Shown here in pieces: positions 15,324 through 24,216 of a stretch of DNA of 32,000 nt. The DNA lies in contig JAWOFX010000084.1 of NCBI GenBank assembly GCA_046497275.1, positions 32,941-64,940 of the forward strand. Direction: 5' to 3'. Every line of letters begins with the position of its first letter. The first letter of the stretch is position 1. The DNA is from Promethearchaeia archaeon (GTDB taxonomy: Archaea > Asgardarchaeota > Lokiarchaeia > Sigyniarchaeales > SOKP01). Both the position numbers and the translations under genes were made by a program. The notes beneath the pieces were generated by a model. It was not told the DNA's origin. It worked only from the letters and a program-made list of their open reading frames with translations, and made no database searches.

Positions 15324-15644
15324 TTATTCTGGAAACGGAGGATGAGGTACAAAGATTTCATATCTAGCCCATTCTATAATATCGTCAAGTTTAGAGGAAA
15401 GTTTTTGATAGTCTTCATCTAACACTCCTTTGGTCATAACTTTTTCCATTTCTGCCAAGCTCTTCCATTCTCTATCTATTATAAGCGTGTCGATAGGGTT
15501 TCCTCCTAATAATGCTCTATAACGTTTTTTCGGAGGGTATCCCAATTTATTTTCGATTTCCGTGAATTGTTTATCTATTTTATCCAACTCGTCCCACATT
15601 CCAGGTCGTATTTTTTGAGTTAATCTAGCAATTACAATTACCAC
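15324..15644 (-). CDS. Small hypothetical protein, possibly NIPSNAP/dimeric alpha-beta barrel-like
   Basis: GTG at 15644 is preceded by GGTGA at 7 nt. The pattern VIARLTQKIRPG...DTLIIDREWKSLAEME resembles ferredoxin-like alpha-beta barrel proteins; fold call is tentative. Confidence 0.5.
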   Translation of the reverse strand: MVIVIARLTQKIRPGMWDELDKIDKQFTEIENKLGYPPKKRYRALLGGNPIDTLIIDREWKSLAEMEKVMTKGVLDEDYQKLSSKLDDIIEWARYEIFVPHPPFPE

Positions 15645-15748
15645 TTGAATTTCACCATTTAAATGTTTCAAAAAAGAAAAAAGCAAGTTTGCTATTTAAA
15701 CATTATACTACTTTTCAAATTTCAGAGGATTAATTATTTTGTTTTTTT

Positions 15749-16792
15749 CTAAAATAAATGCTGATCCACAGTTTTAGAGCCGTAATCAGCTTGTCGTACT
15801 TTCACGATATCTATTTTTGGAATACCTATATCCTCAATCATTTGCTGAGCATCATCAAGATCTTCAGTTCTGCATAAACAATGAATATTAGGACCCGCAT
15901 CAACCGTGAAATAAAACTCGATTCCTTCGTTCTTTCTTTTGCGTGTAATGGTTTTAATAACTTTTAATGTATTAGGATTCCAATAAAACAAGGGGGGACT
16001 GGAAGTCATCATTACACTATGCATATAAAGACAATTTTTCTCGGCGATTTGTCCGACTGTGCTAAAATCATTATCTTCTATGGCTTTTTTTATCTCTTCG
16101 CTTTGTTTTAGGGATTGTTCTATTCTTATTTGATTGAAAGCACTGGATTGTGCATAATTAATTCCCACATCAGAAGACACCTCCTTTTCTCCTCTATTAA
16201 TAACTGCGATGACAGCGGCGATATCAAATTCATTACATTGACATAATTGTTCAGCGTAGGAAGAATCATGAGAATTTCCTCGGTGCCACCATACAAATCC
16301 CCCATGAATTGAGCGAGATGCGGAGCCTGACCCTAATCGCGCATACTTCGACAGTTCTTTCTTGTCCAGATTGAGATTTAATGCTTTCGCAGCGCAAGTC
16401 GCGAGTGCGGCGAATGCTGATGCTGATGATGCTAACCCTGCTGCGGTAGGAAATTTATTTTCACTAACCATTTTAAAATTAAGGTCAATTCCCGCTAATT
16501 CTTTCAACGGATTAACTACTTTATTTATTCTTTCCATCTGGATACGATTGAATGGAATTAAGGTCTCTTGGTCCTTTAAGAACCCTGTGTCTTCAGAAAA
16601 TTCTTCAGAAAATTCAATTGTTGTATGAGTAAGGAGTCGGATTCCCGTGGCTTCGGTATCAATAGATTCTTTTGTCATGCTTATACTATCATTTGTAGGA
16701 ATATTAAGATGGGAAGGATGATTTGGATTACGCCCCCAATACTTTATGAGGGCAATATTAGGATGTGCTAAACTTGAGGCTTTAAATTTCAT
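15749..16792 (-). CDS. mvaD: Diphosphomevalonate/phosphomevalonate decarboxylase (GHMP family)
   Basis: AHPNIALIKYWG, FPTAAGLASSASAFAAL, RLGSGSASRS and FTVDAGPN motifs. Confidence 0.9.
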   Translation of the reverse strand: MKFKASSLAHPNIALIKYWGRNPNHPSHLNIPTNDSISMTKESIDTEATGIRLLTHTTIEFSEEFSEDTGFLKDQETLIPFNRIQMERINKVVNPLKELAGIDLNFKMVSENKFPTAAGLASSASAFAALATCAAKALNLNLDKKELSKYARLGSGSASRSIHGGFVWWHRGNSHDSSYAEQLCQCNEFDIAAVIAVINRGEKEVSSDVGINYAQSSAFNQIRIEQSLKQSEEIKKAIEDNDFSTVGQIAEKNCLYMHSVMMTSSPPLFYWNPNTLKVIKTITRKRKNEGIEFYFTVDAGPNIHCLCRTEDLDDAQQMIEDIGIPKIDIVKVRQADYGSKTVDQHLF

Positions 16793-16869
16793 AAAACATC
16801 TTGATTTTTTTTTATTAATAAATAACTACTTTCCTACTACAAAAAAAAGTTTTCCTTTATATACTACTA

Positions 16870-16920
16870 ATTTACGGAATTTTTAAGATAAGATCGTCGA
16901 AAAATCTAAATTCCGTTAAT
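16870..16920. promoter_or_regulatory. Inverted repeat in the divergent mvaD / HMG-CoA reductase intergenic region
   Basis: ACGGAATTT (16874-16882) and AAATTCCGT (16908-16916) are perfect reverse complements. They extend to ATT/AAT after one mismatch, and there is an inner AGAT/ATCT pair. Function not established. Confidence 0.5.
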
Positions 16921-17017
16921 GATAACTTTTCATGTATTAATCACATAGTATTTTATTAAATAGATTTTATAATTTATAAACTAAAGGTCTTAATACCGAA
17001 GAAGATGATTTAAGATT

Positions 17018-18181
17018 ATGAAAGAGTATTCTTCAGATATATCTGGTTTTTATAAACTTACTATTGAGGAAAGGTTAAATCTCATCAAGGAAAAAGTTGG
17101 ACTTACGAATGAGGAGACATCAGTTCTTAAAAATTTTGGATATTATAAACCAGAAGAGATGGATATTATAATCGAAAATGTAATTGGAAGTTATCAATTA
17201 CCGTATTCAATTGCCTGTAATTTTAAAATTAATGGGAGAGATTATCTTGTTCCGATGGTACTGGAAGAGCCCTCTGTGGTGGCTGCGGCATCCAATATTG
17301 CCCGAATGACTCGCGATACGGGAGGGTTTCATTGTGAAAAAATTGATCAAATTATGATAGGGCAAGTCCAGATTGTAGATATTGAAAATGTTCCAAAAGC
17401 AGTTAGTGAAATTGAAGCACATAAAGAAAAGATTATTAAAATGGCAAATGAACAGGATCCTATTCTTATTAAATTTGGGGGAGGTGTGGTAGATGTTAAA
17501 GTCAGACCCATTGAAACAAAAAAAGGTCCTATGATCATTGTTCATTTACTTGTCAATGTATTGGATGCGATGGGAGCTAACGCTGTAAACACTATGGCAG
17601 AAGCTGTAGCACCTTACTTGTCAGAATTAGCGAATGGAAACGTTTATCTTAGGATTATTTCTAATTTAGCAATCCATAGAATGGCACGGTGCAGAGCAAC
17701 TTTTGACAAAGAAATGTTAGGAGGAGAGGACGCTGTTGAGGGAATATTGTATGCTTATGCATTTGCAGAAGCTGATCCATATCGAGCAGCAACTCATAAC
17801 AAAGGAATTATGAATGGAATTATCGCATTAGCATTGGCAACGGGCAACGATACACGAGCCATTGAAGCGGGTGCCCATGTGTATGCTTCATTAGATGGAT
17901 ATTCTCCATTAAGTAAATTTGAGAAAGATGCAGATGGAAATTTAGTTGGTGAATTAGAACTCCCGCTTGCATTTGGAATTATAGGAGGATTAACTAAAAC
18001 CCATCCATTAGCACGAATTTCTTTGAAGATTCTTGGTGTGGAGAGCGCTGAAGAGTTAGCTCAGGTTGCTGTAGCGCTCGGCCTTTGTCAAAATGTAGCT
18101 GCCTTACGTGCTTTATCATCAGAAGGAATTCAAGCAGGTCATATGAAATTACATAAAAGAAAAGAACAAAAAATGAAATAA
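17018..18181 (+). CDS. mvaA: HMG-CoA reductase, class II
   Basis: ENVIG, EEPSVVAA, DAMGANAVN, THNKGIMNG and GIQAGHMKLH motifs. The protein ends 8 aa after the His motif. Confidence 0.93.
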   Translation: MKEYSSDISGFYKLTIEERLNLIKEKVGLTNEETSVLKNFGYYKPEEMDIIIENVIGSYQLPYSIACNFKINGRDYLVPMVLEEPSVVAAASNIARMTRDTGGFHCEKIDQIMIGQVQIVDIENVPKAVSEIEAHKEKIIKMANEQDPILIKFGGGVVDVKVRPIETKKGPMIIVHLLVNVLDAMGANAVNTMAEAVAPYLSELANGNVYLRIISNLAIHRMARCRATFDKEMLGGEDAVEGILYAYAFAEADPYRAATHNKGIMNGIIALALATGNDTRAIEAGAHVYASLDGYSPLSKFEKDADGNLVGELELPLAFGIIGGLTKTHPLARISLKILGVESAEELAQVAVALGLCQNVAALRALSSEGIQAGHMKLHKRKEQKMK

Positions 18182-18189
18182 AATTTTAT

Positions 18190-19692
18190 TTATACTTTAT
18201 TTTTTTCAGCATCTTCTAAAATCTTCTCGCAGGCGAGCTGCGCAGAGATGATTGAAACCGGAACACCTACACCTGGATGGGAATACATACCCGCATAGTA
18301 TAGGTTATTAACCTTTTCGCTTTTATGATGTGGGCGGAATATGGCAGTTTGAAACAAGGTATGTGCCAAACTAAGCGCGGTTCCTTTATAGGCGTTAAAT
18401 GTTTTCTTAAAATGTTCGTGAGCAACAATTCTTTTTACAACAATATGCTCTTTAATCGACTCACCACTGAGATTCTCTACCTTTTCGATAATTTTATCAA
18501 AATACTGTTCTCGGAAGGATTCTTCATCTTCCAGATCGGCAGAGACTAAAACAAGAATCGTCATGAGTTCGCCTCCTGGAGGTACAAGGGAGGGATCGGA
18601 TTGGCTGGGTACAGTAATATAAATACTTGGATCCTCAGGCCACTCCGGATTTTCAAAGAGCTGATCAAAATACTTATCCCAATCGGAGTTAAAATAGAAA
18701 TTATGATGGAGAAAATTATTTAATTTCTTATTAAGACCGAGATATACCAAATACGCAGCGGGTGCGATCATCTTCTTTTTCCAATATTTTTCTTTATACG
18801 TTCTATGATTTTTATCCAGTAATTCCATCTCTCCATGATGGTAATCTCCCGTATTTAATATAATGTCAGCGTCGAATTCCCCATTGTTTGTTATGATTTT
18901 TTTGGCGCGTTTATCATCCACTTCTATCTTAGTAACTTCAGTATTAAATTTTATTTCTACTCCTTGTTCTAATCCCATCTTCATAATAGCATCAACAATA
19001 GACCCGAATCCCCCCATAGGATACCAAATTCCTAAATTCATGTCAACATGGGCGAGCATTGAGTACACAGCTGGGCTAGTTGGTGGCGATGCTCCAACAA
19101 AGGCAACATGATATGAAACAATTTTTTTTGCTTTATCGCTGTCAAAAAATCTGTCAACGTATTTTTTTAATTTGGTAAATATTTTTAGTTTCAATCCATC
19201 CACAATAAGTTTTCTATCTAAAAGATCTCGAAAACTCCAATAATCTTTATAGATAAAGTTTTGAAAAGCGATATCATACATTTTTTGGGAACGTGCTAAA
19301 AAATTTTTTAATTTTTCTCCTCCATTTTCTTCAAATGTATCAAATAACTCGATGTTTTTATTTACATCATCCATTATATCATAAGATTCATTTTCGCTAA
19401 AGTAGACACGGTATGAGGGGTCTAATCGTATTGTTTCAAAATAATCTTCTGGTTTCTTACCAAACTCGGCAAATAAATCCTCAAATGCTTCAATCATCAT
19501 ATACCAAGAAGGTCCCATATCGAAAGTGTACCCTTTTTCTTTCCATACCATGGCCCGTCCTCCAGGCCTGTCATTCTTTTCTAGAATAGTTACATCAAAA
19601 CCATCTTTTGCCAACAAGGCAGCAGCAGATAAACCTGAAAATCCAGCGCCTATTACAAAAACCTTTCTTTCTTTATTTTCGGTCATTATCAC
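18190..19692 (-). CDS. crtI: Phytoene desaturase (CrtI family)
   Basis: IGAGFSGL, GYTFDMGPSW, GIWYPMGG and LYYAGMYSHPGVGVPVSIISA motifs; 4-nt overlap with crtB. Confidence 0.88.
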   Translation of the reverse strand: MIMTENKERKVFVIGAGFSGLSAAALLAKDGFDVTILEKNDRPGGRAMVWKEKGYTFDMGPSWYMMIEAFEDLFAEFGKKPEDYFETIRLDPSYRVYFSENESYDIMDDVNKNIELFDTFEENGGEKLKNFLARSQKMYDIAFQNFIYKDYWSFRDLLDRKLIVDGLKLKIFTKLKKYVDRFFDSDKAKKIVSYHVAFVGASPPTSPAVYSMLAHVDMNLGIWYPMGGFGSIVDAIMKMGLEQGVEIKFNTEVTKIEVDDKRAKKIITNNGEFDADIILNTGDYHHGEMELLDKNHRTYKEKYWKKKMIAPAAYLVYLGLNKKLNNFLHHNFYFNSDWDKYFDQLFENPEWPEDPSIYITVPSQSDPSLVPPGGELMTILVLVSADLEDEESFREQYFDKIIEKVENLSGESIKEHIVVKRIVAHEHFKKTFNAYKGTALSLAHTLFQTAIFRPHHKSEKVNNLYYAGMYSHPGVGVPVSIISAQLACEKILEDAEKNKV

Positions 19693-20522
19693 TTCAACCT
19701 AAATTTAAATGTATTTTTTAAAATGGTGGAAATTATCTTAAATTTAGAAGGCTTGACTTTCTCTTCATATATAATGAATGGATTATCCTTGATCTTTAAT
19801 GCCGTCCAATTATACATATCTGAAGCAGTTTTTATTGGGATTAAATATCTTCTTGGTATATATTTAAATCCCTGTTCAGCCTCCGTTTGCCACTTAAAGT
19901 AATAGTCAATTTGAGTATCAATGAATTTTTTGAATTCTTCTTTATTTCTCATCGTCTCTTCTTTCTTTAATGATTCAAGATTAAAATCAAATAATGGAAG
20001 ATAGCGCCTTCCGTATTTAATATCTTCCTTAACATCTCGAATAAAATTAATATACTGCATTGCCCTCCCTAATCTTTCAGCGGCAAAATAAGATGTCTCT
20101 GGCAAATCAAGAATTTTCGCCATAAATAACCCAATAACTTCTGCAGATCCATGTATATATTCAAGAGTTTCTTCTAATGTGTCATAATTCTTTTTAGTAA
20201 GGTCTAATTCCATTGCATAAAGAAAATCATCAACCCACTCGGGTTTAAAATTTTTCCTTCGCATTAAATCCACGAATGAATCTATAACTATATCATCAAC
20301 TTTCTCTCCTGAAAGTGCTTTTCTATATCTTTCGCAGAAATCTAAAAATTCTTCTTTTTTTTGTGGAACAGTATCTACAAAATCGTCAGCAACTCTTACA
20401 AATCCATATAAAATGAAAACATCTTTCCTTACAGCTCTAGGAAAGAAAATGCTACTATTGAAATAAGTCCTACTTCCTTTTTTAAAAATTTCCTTAAAAA
20501 CTTCATCCTCGTCTTTACTCAT
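19689..20522 (-). CDS. crtB: Phytoene synthase
   Basis: GSRTYFNSS, YGFVRVADDFVD, AMELDL, GSAEVIG, MQYINFIRDVKED and GRRYLP motifs. Confidence 0.92.
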   Translation of the reverse strand: MSKDEDEVFKEIFKKGSRTYFNSSIFFPRAVRKDVFILYGFVRVADDFVDTVPQKKEEFLDFCERYRKALSGEKVDDIVIDSFVDLMRRKNFKPEWVDDFLYAMELDLTKKNYDTLEETLEYIHGSAEVIGLFMAKILDLPETSYFAAERLGRAMQYINFIRDVKEDIKYGRRYLPLFDFNLESLKKEETMRNKEEFKKFIDTQIDYYFKWQTEAEQGFKYIPRRYLIPIKTASDMYNWTALKIKDNPFIIYEEKVKPSKFKIISTILKNTFKFRLK

Positions 20523-20755
20523 AATTCAACTCACTGAAAGCAAATTTTAGATTTATCATGGATTAAGAAATTTTGATAAATTTCCATTTTAATGTAGCAT
20601 TTACTTTAAAATTATTATAATTTATGTTTAGTAAATATAAATATTTTTAGCGAAATAAAAAGAAATTTCATGCTCACTGAAATACGATAAGGGATCCATC
20701 GTATATTTTATAAAGTAAAATTTTATTTTTTTGCCAATTCTATAATTTAAATAAT

Positions 20756-21268
20756 ATGGGAAATCCAATCGGTTTTTTGCCACTTCCGTTTGCAATAATA
20801 ACTTCCATAAGCCTCGTTGTCTTTTTCTCCGTATTTATGGAAGGATTTGCATGGTTTCTGCACAGATTTGTCATGCATAAATGGGGCTGGTATCTCCATG
20901 AAGATCATCACCGATATACAAAAGGTAAGTTCCAAAAAAATGATAGTTTTGCTTTATTTTTCAGTATATTATCATTTCTTTTTATCGTTTCTGGTTTTAT
21001 GTTTTATGATGTACTTCTCTGGATTGGCGTAGGAGTTACGTTGTATGGAATGGGTTACTTTATCTTCCATGATGTTTTATTTCATAAGAGAATTAGAAAT
21101 CATTATAGGCCTAAAAATCGATATATGAAAAGGATATTTAACGCTCATTCATTTCACCACCAAACAACAAATAGAAAAGGTTCGGATGGATATTCATATG
21201 GATTTCTTTATTCAAGCAAAAAATATATTAAAATGGCAAATGAATTAAAAAATAAGAAAAATAAATAA
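20756..21268 (+). CDS. crtZ: Beta-carotene hydroxylase (fatty acid hydroxylase superfamily)
   Basis: His boxes HRFVMH, LHEDHH, HDVLFH and AHSFHH, plus FQKNDSF and SYGFL, all characteristic of CrtZ. Confidence 0.85.
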   Translation: MGNPIGFLPLPFAIITSISLVVFFSVFMEGFAWFLHRFVMHKWGWYLHEDHHRYTKGKFQKNDSFALFFSILSFLFIVSGFMFYDVLLWIGVGVTLYGMGYFIFHDVLFHKRIRNHYRPKNRYMKRIFNAHSFHHQTTNRKGSDGYSYGFLYSSKKYIKMANELKNKKNK

Positions 21269-21292
21269 TAAAAAAAAATAATTGATTGTATT

Positions 21293-22912
21293 ATGAGCGA
21301 ATCGAACAATGATTTTTTCTTTAATGTAGGTATTGATTCAATGGGTTTTTACACTACAAAGCATTATGTTGATCTCACAGAATTAGCAGAAATTAGAGGT
21401 GTAGATCCAAACAAATATCTAATAGGCTTATTAACGAAACAAATGCGTATACCGGGACCAGGAGAAGATATTGTAAGCATGGCGGTAAAAGCGAGCCAGC
21501 ACGCCTTGATGAAAGGGAACATTGATCCGAACGAGATCGATGCAGTTTTTCTTGGGACAGAAACCATGACCTATGCTGTAAAATCTGTTTCGAATATACT
21601 TTCTGAAATTTTAGACAGTTCAGTAAATTGTGTAACACAAGATGTCTACAATGCATGTGCGGGTGCAACACTAGCAGTTCTAAATGCGGTAGGATTAATC
21701 AATGATGGAATAATAAATAAAGCGATGGTTATTGGGGCAGATATTTGTAGTTATGAACTTGAAAGTCCCGGAGAACCAACTCAAGGAGCGGCTGCTGCTG
21801 CATTAGTTATTAGTAAAAATCCTCGGATCGCAGCTTTCGGAAAAAAATTTGGTAAATTATCTGCAAATGTGTTTGATTTTTATAGATTACCTAAGGAGGA
21901 ATATCCAGTAGTTTTTGGCAAATTTTCGATAGATTCATATGTTAGATTTCAAATGGGAGCGTTAGACGACTTTTACCAATACGCAGGAAATATCATCCCT
22001 GATTATTTAGTATTTCACTCTCCTTTTGCTAAATTACCTTTAAAAAACATAGAAAATCTTTTATTAAATAGATGGACCTTGATGAAGAAAATTCTACTTA
22101 ATAAATCAGTGGATACCGAGAGCCCTGTTAAAATTCAGGAAGAAGCTTCTATAAATTTAGAGAAACTAGTTAACAATGTCTTGGATGATATAAAGAGAGA
22201 GGAAAATTTATCAAATACTGAGGACCTTAAAAATGATTTGATTAAAAGCCTTACCAACAAGGTGCTTCCAGCACTCAATGTCCCGATGTCAATTGGAAAT
22301 ATGTATTCTGCGTCTGTGTGGGGACAATTAATTTACATGTTAGAGAGCGTTGTAGAAGAGAATGATTTGATCTATTTTGGATCTTATGGATCGGGAGCAA
22401 CGTGTATTTCAGGATTACTAAAAGTTATGCCAGAATTCAAAAAGATAGTAGAACAAACACCTAAAGTAGAAAATTATATAGAGAAGAAAAAACAGATATC
22501 AATTGAAGAATATGAACGGTTAAGAAAAGAGAGTGATACTAGAAAATATGCATATGCTGAGATTGAACCTCATCCTTCGAATAAAAATTTCTTTATCAAA
22601 ATGAACATCTGTGAAGGGGGTTGTTTGATATCAAAATTGGATGGAGTTGATTTTTGTCCAGATGGAAAAAACGATACTTATGTACTACGCTTACCTATGT
22701 ATGCGATGGTTAAATCTGATCCTGTAGATACTATAGATGAGAAAGATTTATTAAATGAAACTATTGTAAGGGTAACTCCTAAAACGAAAAAAGGGCAAAT
22801 TGTCGAATATACTTTGCTTAGGGCTGGAAAAAACGAATCATTAGTTTGCGTTCAAAGCGGATATATTAATTGGATTCCTACATATAAACCAGTGCCTTAT
22901 CCACTCATATAG
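21293..22912 (+). CDS. mvaS: HMG-CoA synthase with a ~125-aa C-terminal extension (DUF35-like, tentative)
   Basis: GTET, NACAGAT (catalytic Cys), GEPTQGA, FHSPF, GNMYSAS and SYGSG motifs. At 539 aa it is much longer than typical HMG-CoA synthases. Confidence 0.88.
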   Translation: MSESNNDFFFNVGIDSMGFYTTKHYVDLTELAEIRGVDPNKYLIGLLTKQMRIPGPGEDIVSMAVKASQHALMKGNIDPNEIDAVFLGTETMTYAVKSVSNILSEILDSSVNCVTQDVYNACAGATLAVLNAVGLINDGIINKAMVIGADICSYELESPGEPTQGAAAAALVISKNPRIAAFGKKFGKLSANVFDFYRLPKEEYPVVFGKFSIDSYVRFQMGALDDFYQYAGNIIPDYLVFHSPFAKLPLKNIENLLLNRWTLMKKILLNKSVDTESPVKIQEEASINLEKLVNNVLDDIKREENLSNTEDLKNDLIKSLTNKVLPALNVPMSIGNMYSASVWGQLIYMLESVVEENDLIYFGSYGSGATCISGLLKVMPEFKKIVEQTPKVENYIEKKKQISIEEYERLRKESDTRKYAYAEIEPHPSNKNFFIKMNICEGGCLISKLDGVDFCPDGKNDTYVLRLPMYAMVKSDPVDTIDEKDLLNETIVRVTPKTKKGQIVEYTLLRAGKNESLVCVQSGYINWIPTYKPVPYPLI

Positions 22913-22955
22913 GTGAGTAGATAATAGAAATTTGGGATTAATCCTTTAATAATTA

Positions 22956-24050
22956 CTATATTTCTAATTTTCTTTCTTTTATCCACTCTTTTAGAGAAGA
23001 ACTAATTACAATAGGAGCATTTTTTAGTTCAACAGGATTTCTACTACTTGTTAATAGCATAGTGATTTTTAATTCTGTTAAAGTTTTTTCTATGAAATTT
23101 TCAATTGAAGTTGAACCTTCTAGAGCAACCATTAGGAATGGTCGAGCCATAGCAGCGTAATGTGCTCCAATTCTTAACGCTTTTGCTACATCAATTCCGT
23201 TTCTAATTCCACCACTCCCAATTATTTTAGTTAGTGAAGATTGATTTACCACTGAACTTACCTCAAGAATGCTTGCAGCGGTTGGAATCCCCCAGTCCCA
23301 ATATAACTTCCCTAAATCCATTTTGGATTGAATTTTTTCTTTTTTTGCTCTATAATATTCAACCGCGACCCAACTAGTCCCTCCCACACCAGAAACATCA
23401 ATGACTTCTACTCCGATTTCAACTAATTTCTGTGCAATTTCTTTAGAAATTCCACATCCACACTCTTTAACTACAATTGGGATTTTATATTGATTCTTAA
23501 TCGTTTTTATTTTTTCAATTGTTCCAGAAAATACTTTATCACCTTCTGGTTGAATCAATTCTTGAATCACATTGAGATGTATTGCTAACGCATCCGCTTT
23601 AATGTTATCAATAATAGTTGCAATGTAATCAAAGTTTTCAGAAGCTGCCACTTGAGCTATTCCTATATTTCCAACTATAGGAATATCTGGGGCATTTTCT
23701 CTCACGGCAGAAAATGTTTCTTTGGTTTCTGGATGTCTAACAATAACTCTTTGACTCCCAACCATCATTGGGATATTATATTTTTGAGCAGCTTTAGCTA
23801 AAGACACATTGATTTTTTTTGTTAATTCTGTTCCACCAGTCATCGCTCCAACGATTATTGGAGCAGAGATTGATTTTCCTAGAAATTCGCTGGATAAATT
23901 GATATCGTCTAGATTTAATTCTGGTAATGCACTCTGCACAAATCTTATATGCTCCATCCATGTGGTCTCATTACTCTCGACATCCTCTTCGCTTACGAGT
24001 AAAATATGCTCATCTTTTCTATTGGTTATGGGAATTTTAGATATATCCAT
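22956..24050 (-). CDS. fni: Type 2 isopentenyl-diphosphate delta-isomerase (FMN-dependent)
   Basis: NRKDEHI, GAMTGG, VGSQR, HLNVIQELIQPEGD, VKECGCG, SGVGGTSW and WGIPT motifs; GGTGA SD-like element upstream. Confidence 0.95.
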   Translation of the reverse strand: MDISKIPITNRKDEHILLVSEEDVESNETTWMEHIRFVQSALPELNLDDINLSSEFLGKSISAPIIVGAMTGGTELTKKINVSLAKAAQKYNIPMMVGSQRVIVRHPETKETFSAVRENAPDIPIVGNIGIAQVAASENFDYIATIIDNIKADALAIHLNVIQELIQPEGDKVFSGTIEKIKTIKNQYKIPIVVKECGCGISKEIAQKLVEIGVEVIDVSGVGGTSWVAVEYYRAKKEKIQSKMDLGKLYWDWGIPTAASILEVSSVVNQSSLTKIIGSGGIRNGIDVAKALRIGAHYAAMARPFLMVALEGSTSIENFIEKTLTELKITMLLTSSRNPVELKNAPIVISSSLKEWIKERKLEI

Positions 24051-24216
24051 ATTTTCACCTTATCAAATTATTATTTATAATTTCTGTGAATTTTTAAGAT
24101 TTCTTTATAATATAATCTTTTTCTGTTTTAATTCTAGATTTATATGACACACAATAAGTTTTAAAAAATTATTCTTTATTTTTACATAGTATTATTAAGA
24201 ATTAAAATTAGGAAAT

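Noticed and set aside
16625-16680. Apparent ~8-aa insertion in MvaD (ESIDTEATGIRL) as a stop-less intron
   Set aside because: Only a 3-bp hairpin is present and there is no BHB, so it is more likely a surface loop.
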